Source: Xanthomonas campestris pv. campestris str. ATCC 33913
GTDB taxonomy: Bacteria > Pseudomonadota > Gammaproteobacteria > Xanthomonadales > Xanthomonadaceae
Direction of reading: 5' to 3'
NCBI RefSeq assembly: GCF_000007145.1
Contig: NC_003902.1
Coordinates: forward strand, 2,576,497 to 2,608,496
Length of the DNA stretch: 32,000 nucleotides
Under the pieces are notes generated by a model that had not been told where the DNA came from, did no database searches, and worked only from the letters and a program-made list of their open reading frames with translations. The first letter of the stretch is position 1. Each line of letters starts with the position of its first letter. Positions 26,420-32,000 of this stretch are shown here, piece after piece. The translations under genes were made by a program, and so were the position numbers.

Positions 26420-29398
26420 TTACCAGTTCAGACCGAAGGCCAGACGGAAGGTGCGCATCGGCGATGCCAGCACGCCGGTTGGCGTGCCGTATGCCGTGTT
26501 CAAGTCACCGAGTGTCCCGGTCTCGCCGTTAAAGTTGGCGTAGTTCACCCAATTGAACACGTTGAGGATATCCGCACGGACGTTGAATTTGACACCGCCA
26601 CCGGTATCCCATTCTTTATTGGCCGCAATGCTGAACTCCTTGTAGCCCAGCGTGCCGTCCGGCTTGAACTGCACGATGTAGCACTGGTCGTTGCCGGCCA
26701 GACAGTTCTGCCCGTAGCGCGCGGTCTGGCTGGCAAGCGACAACTTGCCGGACAGCTTGATCTCATACGGCAGCTCGTAGATGCCGGTTACGACCAGACG
26801 GTTCTTGGCAATACCGCCGGCCTCGCGCCAGCCGTAGTCTTCGACGCGCTCGCGGTCCAGTGCGTAGTGCTCGCCGAACTGGCGGTTCTCCTTGGCATCG
26901 GAGAAGGTGTAGGCCACGGTCAGACCCCATCCGGATTCTTCGTCGTAGGGCTTCTCGATCTGCAACGCGAGCTGGTTGTTGCGGGTTTCCACACCATTGG
27001 TGCCGAGCACGATGGCGCTGTAGCCGTCCGGGCCGTCGGTCGGCGAGCCGGAGGTGGTGCCCGGCAGGAAGAACGAGCCATCGGGCAGCCGGTTGCCGCG
27101 CACGAAGGCGAAGCCGTCATGACTTTCGATCCGGCTCAGGGTCACGTCGGTGAACCAGTCCTGGCCCCATAGCGGCACCATGTTGCGCATGCCGATGCTG
27201 AATTGGTCGGAGTACGGGGTCTTGATGTTGTTGTCGATCAGGTAGACCTCACGACCACCGCCGCCGGCGCTGTTGGCGGTGAGGGTGTTCAGGCCTTCCT
27301 GCGTGCTGTAGGCCGGGTTCCATGCCGTACATGGGTCGCCCAGGCAGGCCGGGTTGTTGGCACTGGTGAAGTAGTAGCTATACGAATTGAACGAGTTGTT
27401 GAGCTGCTCGAGCGCCAGGTAGTCGAAGATGTTGCGGTCATAGGCACGCCCGGCACCGCCGTAGATCACGTGGGCCTGGTCGCCGAACAGGTCGTACGAC
27501 GCACCCAGGCGTGGCTGCCAGGCGTTCTTGAACGCCTTGCGGTTGTTGCCGGTGCTGATGAAGTTGTTGATGTTGTAGTTGGCGTTCTGCAGGTTGGGCC
27601 AGTTCTGCAGCGCACCGGCCACATCCGACGGGGTCACGAAGTCCAGGAACGCCGGGCTTTCTTCATAGTCGTAGCGCACGCCCAGGTTCAAGGTCCAGTG
27701 CTCGTTGACCTCCCAGTCGTCCTGCAGGTAGATGCCGTACTGCTTGTTCTTGGACACCACCGAGCCGCCGCCTTCGGTCAACGGCGCACCAAAGCGCACC
27801 CGGTACGGCGTTTCGACATCGGAGAGGATGTTGTAGTAGTACTGCGGGTTGGCCGGGTTGAACTGGGTGGAATCCAGATCGATGCTCTTGAACTTCACGC
27901 CCATCTTGACGGTGTGCGCGCCATGCCATTCCAGGCTGTTCAAGGTCAGGTCGTCCTGGAAGGTCCAGCCCTTCTGGCCCTTGCGCTGGAAGCTGCTGCC
28001 GGCGCCGGCAGCGAGCACGTCGGTCTCGTTGCCACGGTTGGGCGTGTAGCTGAGCACGTAGCCCGTGCCGTCGTTGAGCGGCGCCTGGTTCCAGAACGCG
28101 CTCTCGTAGCTGAGGTTGGCTTCGTTGAGGAAGTTGGCACCGCTGTACTGCCAGCGCAGGTTGGCGCGCTTTTCTTCCTGGCCGTTGACGCTACCGTGCT
28201 CGAAGGTCGAGGTCTGGCCGACGTCGTTGAGCTCGTCTTCCTTGCGGTACTTGCCGGTCAGCTCGAACAGGTTGTTGTCGCCAATGGTCCAGTCGATCTT
28301 GCCGAAGTACAGGTCTTCCTTGAACGGGGTGCTGTAGGTAGCCACCAGCGGCTGCAGCTGCGCCGGCAGCTGGTCGATGCGGTCCGAGTAGATCGAGCCA
28401 GGAATCACCACGTTGGGGGTGGTGTATTCCTTGGCTTCATAGGCAATGAAGAAATGTGCCTTGTCCTTGAGGATCGGGCCGCTGAAGGTCGCACCGTACT
28501 GGGTTTCCTCGAAGTCGTCGCGCACGCCGGCCTTCTTCTCCAGCGGGCTCTCTTCGCGCCAGCCATCGTTGCTGGTATCCCAGAAGAAGCTGCCGTGGAA
28601 ATCGTTGGTGCCGGACTTGGACGAGGCCACGATGGCGGCGCCGCTGACCTGGTCGAACTCGGCCTTGTAGTTGGAGGTGATGACCTTGTATTCGCCGATC
28701 GCCGACTGCGGGAACGGGTTGCCGCGGCTGGAATCCTGGCCGCTGACGCCGCCGGTCAGCACGTAGTTCTTCTGGCTGACGCCATCGATGTAGACATTGG
28801 TGCCTTCAGCCGAAGTGGCGCCCGAGCGCACCTTGGTGGTGCCGTTGGCATCACGGGTGAACTGCACGTTCGGCACGGTGTCGGCCAGCTCCAGGAAGTT
28901 GCGCGTGGCACGCGGCAGGTTCTGGATCTGCACGTTGGAAATATACGTCGCGTTCTCGGAGGTGCGCGTCTCCACCAGCACCGGCGGCGCCTTGACCTGC
29001 ACCGCGTCCAGCGTGGTGGCGTTACCACCTGCGGCCGTGGCCGGCTCGCCGCCGACGCCCAGGTTCAAGGTGGCGGTCTGGCCGACCTGCACGGTGACGT
29101 TCTGCGAGGTGGTCTGCCCATTGGCGGTGACATCCAGGCGGTACGAACCCGGCGGCAGGCCGCCAACCGAATAGCCGCCATTGGTGACCTGCACGGTGCG
29201 GGTCAGGCCGGTGGCCAGATTGGTGGCGGTGACCTGGGCCTGGGCAGCAGGTGCGGAGTCGACCGTGACCTGGCCGCGGATGGTCGCAGCGGTGCTCTGC
29301 GCGAACGCGGGCGCGGCGCCCAGCAACAGGCAGCTGGCCAGGGCGCAGCTGAGCAGCTTGCGCGCCGGGCTGGCGGAATGGGGGTGGTGGTGGCTCAT
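26420..29398 (-). CDS. Oar-like TonB-dependent outer-membrane receptor with N-terminal carboxypeptidase-regulatory-like domain
   Basis: 992 aa from ATG 29398, with GGAGGG 6 nt upstream. The signal is MSHHHPHSASPARKLLSCALASCLLLGAAPAFA|QS. A CarbopepD_reg-like beta-sandwich follows (TIRGQVTVDS...GGYSVGGLPPGSYRLDVTANGQ), then a plug region (TLDAVQVKA...ETRTSENATYISNVQIQNLP), a long beta-barrel and the terminal aromatic motif ...RLAFGLNW. The 47-aa extension of the track ORF is rejected. Confidence 0.9.
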   Translation of the reverse strand: MSHHHPHSASPARKLLSCALASCLLLGAAPAFAQSTAATIRGQVTVDSAPAAQAQVTATNLATGLTRTVQVTNGGYSVGGLPPGSYRLDVTANGQTTSQNVTVQVGQTATLNLGVGGEPATAAGGNATTLDAVQVKAPPVLVETRTSENATYISNVQIQNLPRATRNFLELADTVPNVQFTRDANGTTKVRSGATSAEGTNVYIDGVSQKNYVLTGGVSGQDSSRGNPFPQSAIGEYKVITSNYKAEFDQVSGAAIVASSKSGTNDFHGSFFWDTSNDGWREESPLEKKAGVRDDFEETQYGATFSGPILKDKAHFFIAYEAKEYTTPNVVIPGSIYSDRIDQLPAQLQPLVATYSTPFKEDLYFGKIDWTIGDNNLFELTGKYRKEDELNDVGQTSTFEHGSVNGQEEKRANLRWQYSGANFLNEANLSYESAFWNQAPLNDGTGYVLSYTPNRGNETDVLAAGAGSSFQRKGQKGWTFQDDLTLNSLEWHGAHTVKMGVKFKSIDLDSTQFNPANPQYYYNILSDVETPYRVRFGAPLTEGGGSVVSKNKQYGIYLQDDWEVNEHWTLNLGVRYDYEESPAFLDFVTPSDVAGALQNWPNLQNANYNINNFISTGNNRKAFKNAWQPRLGASYDLFGDQAHVIYGGAGRAYDRNIFDYLALEQLNNSFNSYSYYFTSANNPACLGDPCTAWNPAYSTQEGLNTLTANSAGGGGREVYLIDNNIKTPYSDQFSIGMRNMVPLWGQDWFTDVTLSRIESHDGFAFVRGNRLPDGSFFLPGTTSGSPTDGPDGYSAIVLGTNGVETRNNQLALQIEKPYDEESGWGLTVAYTFSDAKENRQFGEHYALDRERVEDYGWREAGGIAKNRLVVTGIYELPYEIKLSGKLSLASQTARYGQNCLAGNDQCYIVQFKPDGTLGYKEFSIAANKEWDTGGGVKFNVRADILNVFNWVNYANFNGETGTLGDLNTAYGTPTGVLASPMRTFRLAFGLNW

Positions 29399-29456
29399 TG
29401 GTCCCTCCAGGGATCGATATCTTGTTGTTGTGGGCACTAAGGTCTTGCAGGAACAA

Positions 29457-29477
29457 CCGCTGCGGGGGAGGCAGCGG
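29457..29477 (-). terminator. Weak hairpin between lacI and the TBDR gene (possible partial terminator)
   Basis: CCGCTGC(29457-29463)/GCAGCGG(29471-29477), a 7-bp stem with a 7-nt loop. On the minus strand TTGTTCC follows, a poor U-tract. Confidence 0.25.
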
Positions 29478-29504
29478 GAGCGGACAGGACGTCCGCGAAA
29501 AGGG

Positions 29505-30527
29505 TCAGGCGCCGGGCTCGCCGGCTCCGCAGGACGCACGCACCACCAGCTCCGGGGTGAGCAACTGGCGGATGCCGTCGTCGTGGCCGGGCTGGTCCAC
29601 CAGCCGCATCAGACGGGTCATCGCCTGCTCGCCAAGGCGCGCAATGCTGACCCGCATCGTGGTCAGCGCGGGGTGCACGAAGCGCGCCAGCGGGATGTCG
29701 TCGAACCCGGCCAGCGCCACGTCGTCGTGCACCGACACATCCGCCTGGGCGAAGGCGTACAGGCAGCCGAGCGCGGTCATGTCATTGGCAGCGAAGACCG
29801 CATCGGGCAGATCCCCGGCGGCCAGCATGGCAAGGCCGGCGCGATGGCCGGAGGCTTCGTCGAAGTCGCCGGCGAATTCGAGCCCCTCCGCTCCGCCCGC
29901 ATGGCCGGCGATCGCGTCACGGAAGCCGCGCAAGCGCTCGCGCGCATCGAAGTTCAGCGCCGGCCCGCCGATGAAGGCGATGCGGCGGTGCCCGGCAGCA
30001 AGCAGGTGCTCGGTCATCGCCATTGCGCCGGCGTGGTCGTCGATGCTCAGCACCGGGTAGTCGGCGCCCGGCAGATGCGCGTTGATCAGGACGGTGGGCA
30101 GTGCCTGCGGCAGGTTGTCGGTGAGAAAACCCGGCTGCTCGGCGTACGGGGACAACACCAGCAAGCCATCCACGCGGCCGCGCATGGAACGCAGCGCCCT
30201 GCCCTGGGCTTCGGGATCGCCGTGGTAGCTGGAGACCAGCAAATGCTGCCCGGCCGCACGCGCCGCCCCATCGATGCCGCGAATCAGTTCGGAAAAGAAC
30301 TCGCCGTACAGATCAGGCAGCACCACACCCAGGGTCTGGGTGCGCCGGCTGCTGAGGCTGCGTGCCGCCGCATGCGGGCTGTAGCGCAGGCGTTCGGCCA
30401 CGTCCAGGACCACCTGGCGCACCGGCCCGGCGACGTTGTCGTGCCCATTGAGCGCCCGCGATACCGTGGCAACGGAGACGCGTGCTTCTCGAGCGACATC
30501 TTTGATGGTGACCGCACCTTTGGCCAT
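29505..30527 (-). CDS. LacI family transcriptional regulator
   Basis: 340 aa from ATG 30527, with GGAGGG 8 nt upstream. The N-terminal HTH MAKGAVTIKDVAREARVSVATVSRALNGHDNV is the LacI/PurR signature. The remainder is a periplasmic-binding-protein-like sugar-binding fold (…LGVVLPDLYGEFFSELIRGI…IAFIGGP…). Confidence 0.9.
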   Translation of the reverse strand: MAKGAVTIKDVAREARVSVATVSRALNGHDNVAGPVRQVVLDVAERLRYSPHAAARSLSSRRTQTLGVVLPDLYGEFFSELIRGIDGAARAAGQHLLVSSYHGDPEAQGRALRSMRGRVDGLLVLSPYAEQPGFLTDNLPQALPTVLINAHLPGADYPVLSIDDHAGAMAMTEHLLAAGHRRIAFIGGPALNFDARERLRGFRDAIAGHAGGAEGLEFAGDFDEASGHRAGLAMLAAGDLPDAVFAANDMTALGCLYAFAQADVSVHDDVALAGFDDIPLARFVHPALTTMRVSIARLGEQAMTRLMRLVDQPGHDDGIRQLLTPELVVRASCGAGEPGA

Positions 30528-30571
30528 TCGGGTCGCCCTCCGCGACCGACTTCCCAAAATCTGGCGCGGAC

Positions 30572-30585
30572 TGTAAGCGTTTTCA
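30572..30585. promoter_or_regulatory. LacI-family operator O2 (TGTAAGCGTTTTCA)
   Basis: Matches TGnAAnCGnTTnCA at all specified positions and lies 45-58 nt upstream of the lacI ATG. It is the exact reverse complement of O3, and the identity extends to 15 nt (30571-30585 versus 30618-30632). Confidence 0.55.
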
Positions 30586-30609
30586 TACGGAGGCGTAAAC
30601 CCCTGTGAA
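30582..30609 (-). promoter_or_regulatory. Candidate sigma70 promoter of lacI (and possibly of the whole locus)
   Basis: On the minus strand, TTCACA (30609-30604), a 16-nt spacer, then TATGAA (30587-30582). The -10 overlaps O2, and O3 lies just upstream of the -35. This is a hexamer-match call only. Confidence 0.3.
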
Positions 30610-30617
30610 TGGGCTTG

Positions 30618-30631
30618 TGAAAACGCTTACA
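30618..30631. promoter_or_regulatory. LacI-family operator O3 (TGAAAACGCTTACA)
   Basis: Full match to TGnAAnCGnTTnCA. Its centre lies 46 bp from the centre of O2, in inverted orientation. Confidence 0.55.
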
Positions 30632-31002
30632 GATCAAGCATCTAGAAGTGATGGATGCGTGAATAAGTATGCTGCGTCGCAACAACCCCGCAGCGATTGC
30701 TCCACAGACGAAGCGCGACGCCGGTCTCGTTGGCGCCACGGGATGACGCCGCGACTGACGCATGGACAGCAGCGGACAGGTCAGTGTTTGCAGGCGTCGC
30801 GCAGGGCCAGCAGCGCCTTGATTCGCTTGGGCAAAGGCGCGAGTCGTGCGCGCTTGGCGAGCGTCAGCCTGACCGCCCGCTTGATGATTCAGGCAGCTGC
30901 GGCCCCGATCTTGGAGATCACAAGAAAGCTGCAACCAGCATGGTCCTGCCTCGCAATCGCTTCCGGCCAACCAGTCAGAACCGGATTGACCGAACGGTCG
31001 CC

Positions 31003-31272
31003 CTACCCCGCCTCACCAGGCGCCAGCGCCTCGATCGAGAGCGCATGGATATCGGTCTGCATCATCTCGCCCACCGCGGCGTACACCGCACGGTGCCGCG
31101 CCAGTGGCGCCTTGCCGGCGAACACACTGCTGACCACGCGCACATTGAAGTGCCCACGCCCATCCCGCGCGCCCGCATGCCCGGCATGGCGATGACTGTC
31201 GTCGACCACCTCCAGTTCGACGGGTGCCAGCGCGGCCTGCAGCGCGGCGCGGATGCGGTCGACCCGGCTCAT
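31003..31272 (-). CDS. bolA: BolA family protein
   Basis: 89 aa: [34 protein letters not shown]...[48 protein letters not shown], the BolA pattern. The start ATG overlaps the upstream stop (ATGA). Confidence 0.85.
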   Translation of the reverse strand: MSRVDRIRAALQAALAPVELEVVDDSHRHAGHAGARDGRGHFNVRVVSSVFAGKAPLARHRAVYAAVGEMMQTDIHALSIEALAPGEAG

Positions 31273-31586
31273 GGCAGCACCCGCCGGAACGGGCGGACGT
31301 CGACCCGCGCATACACCCCGGCCGCCACATACGGGTCGGCATCGGCCCACGCGCGTGCTGCCTCCAGTGAAGCGAACTCGGCAATCATCACGCTGCCGCT
31401 AAAGCCGGCCGGGCCCGGGTCCTCGGCGTCGATTGCCGGGCATGGGCCGGCCACCAGCAGCCGCCCTTCTGCCGTCAGTGCCTGCAGGCGCTGCAGATGC
31501 GCCGGTCTCGCCTGCTGCCGTGCCGCCAGGGCATCGGCCCGGTCATAGCCTTCGATTACGTACCACACACGCCACCTCGCCCACAT
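31269..31586 (-). CDS. YciI family protein
   Basis: About 100 aa: ...[41 protein letters not shown]...[40 protein letters not shown], typical YciI-like. The start is ATG 31586 or GTG 31568. Confidence 0.8.
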   Translation of the reverse strand: MWARWRVWYVIEGYDRADALAARQQARPAHLQRLQALTAEGRLLVAGPCPAIDAEDPGPAGFSGSVMIAEFASLEAARAWADADPYVAAGVYARVDVRPFRRVLP

Positions 31587-31934
31587 CGGAAGATCACCCC
31601 GCCAATTCTAGCCGCGCCAGCGCTGGACACCGCCCCCACCCACGCATTACCCTTGACACCACTGCACACGCAACCGGACGCAGCGGCCCGTCGGCCCAGG
31701 CTCAACGCTTCTCTCGACGGCCGATTCGCTGCCCACCGCCGGCCCGCGTAGACGACCTCCCCGCTGTTCCGTCGCCGCCTGCCACGCGGCGCCTGATTGC
31801 ATGCGGACCGGCGTATGTGGATTTGTGGGATCGTGCCGAAGCAGGCACGACATTGATCGCAATAACTCAAGGCAAAGCCCTGCAGGCACGGCTCCGTACC
31901 GTGGCCGGCGACCGCAAGACCCGATGTCGACCTG

Positions 31935-32000
31935 ATGAATTCCGAACTCGCGCACGACGCGAATCCGCCAGCCACGAGCGCGCCACCGCAGCAGCAGGAA
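31935..32000 (+). CDS. Possible 5' end of an unidentified gene running off the right edge
   Basis: ATG at 31935 opens a frame that stays open to the window end (MNSELAHDANPPATSAPPQQQE). An in-frame TAA lies at 31863-31865. With only 22 codons and no recognisable motif, this is very tentative. Confidence 0.15.
   Translation, partial: MNSELAHDANPPATSAPPQQQE

Noticed and set aside
29409-29422. Possible fourth LacI operator AGGGATCGATATCT upstream of the TBDR start
   Set aside because: It matches only 6 of the 10 constrained consensus positions and shares just the ATCGAT core with O1. That is too weak to call without binding data.
17921-30608. + strand ORFs inside the CUT locus, for example 19909..21342 (477 aa), 24145..25212, 25219..26532 (437 aa), 27203..29440 (745 aa) and 29181..30608 (475 aa)
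   Set aside because: All are antisense to minus-strand genes with strong family signatures. Their sequences are Val/Gly/Ala/Arg-rich repeats without motifs.
17519-30640. The CUT locus as a horizontally acquired genomic island
   Set aside because: There is no flanking tRNA, integrase, IS element or direct repeat. No obvious GC or codon shift relative to the housekeeping flanks is visible by eye. It looks like resident chromosome, although a proper compositional test was not possible here.
31587-31934. ORFs 31556..31975 (-), 31647..31955 (-) and 31497..31751 (+), and hairpin TCGTGCC/GGCACGA at 31831-31850
   Set aside because: The ORFs are Arg/Gly/Cys-rich with no motifs and overlap each other. 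The hairpin has no U-tract on either strand and no adjacent gene end. The region is treated as an intergenic or promoter region.
1-32000. Search for CRISPR arrays, tRNA/rRNA genes, transposases, toxin-antitoxin pairs or known defence-system genes
   Set aside because: No regularly spaced direct repeats, no cloverleaf-like sequences in the intergenic gaps, and no DDE/integrase, nuclease-helicase or TA-like small-gene pairs were recognisable. This rests on visual inspection only.

Overview
High-GC (about 65%) gammaproteobacterial chromosome segment. Gene content, synteny and the GTAGGAGCGCAC-type intergenic repeat look Xanthomonas-like (inference). No tRNA/rRNA genes, CRISPR arrays, IS elements, integrases or phage genes were found. 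Most long ORFs in the track are antisense shadows of real genes, as expected at this GC content. The window has three parts. (1) 1-12.9 kb is a minus-strand housekeeping and envelope block: guaB (partial), folD, a DUF1244 gene (+), a KefB/KefC-type K+ efflux gene, galU, a WbpM/CapD-type dehydratase, a WbpL/WecA-type GT4 phosphotransferase, lapB, lapA, ihfB, rpsA and cmk, then a divergent stand-alone type-2 rpmJ. (2) 13.0-17.4 kb is plus-strand: a small secreted protein, then an apparent aguA-aguB-GNAT-TraB operon (agmatine to putrescine). (3) 17.5-30.6 kb is the most interesting part, a 13-kb co-directional minus-strand carbohydrate-utilisation ('CUT'-type) locus. In transcription order it holds a LacI regulator, an Oar-like TonB-dependent receptor, a GH144/PF10091-like lipoprotein (predicted beta-1,2-glucanase family), a lipoprotein solute-binding protein, two ABC permeases with no ATPase, a 1054-aa secreted CBM-like + discoidin + putative (alpha/alpha)6 protein, and a secreted EEP-family phosphoesterase. 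Three LacI-consensus operators (TGnAAnCGnTTnCA) are directly visible: one perfect palindrome in front of the GH144-like gene, and an inverted pair in front of lacI. SBP, both permeases, the discoidin protein and the EEP gene are chained by 4-nt start/stop overlaps. My best candidate for an uncharacterised system is this locus, especially the discoidin/(alpha/alpha)6 + EEP pair, which I tentatively link to beta-1,2-glucan or sophoro-oligosaccharide uptake. That link is inference from recognised motifs and needs HMM and experimental confirmation. The right end carries yciI-bolA (minus) and a possible 5' gene fragment.
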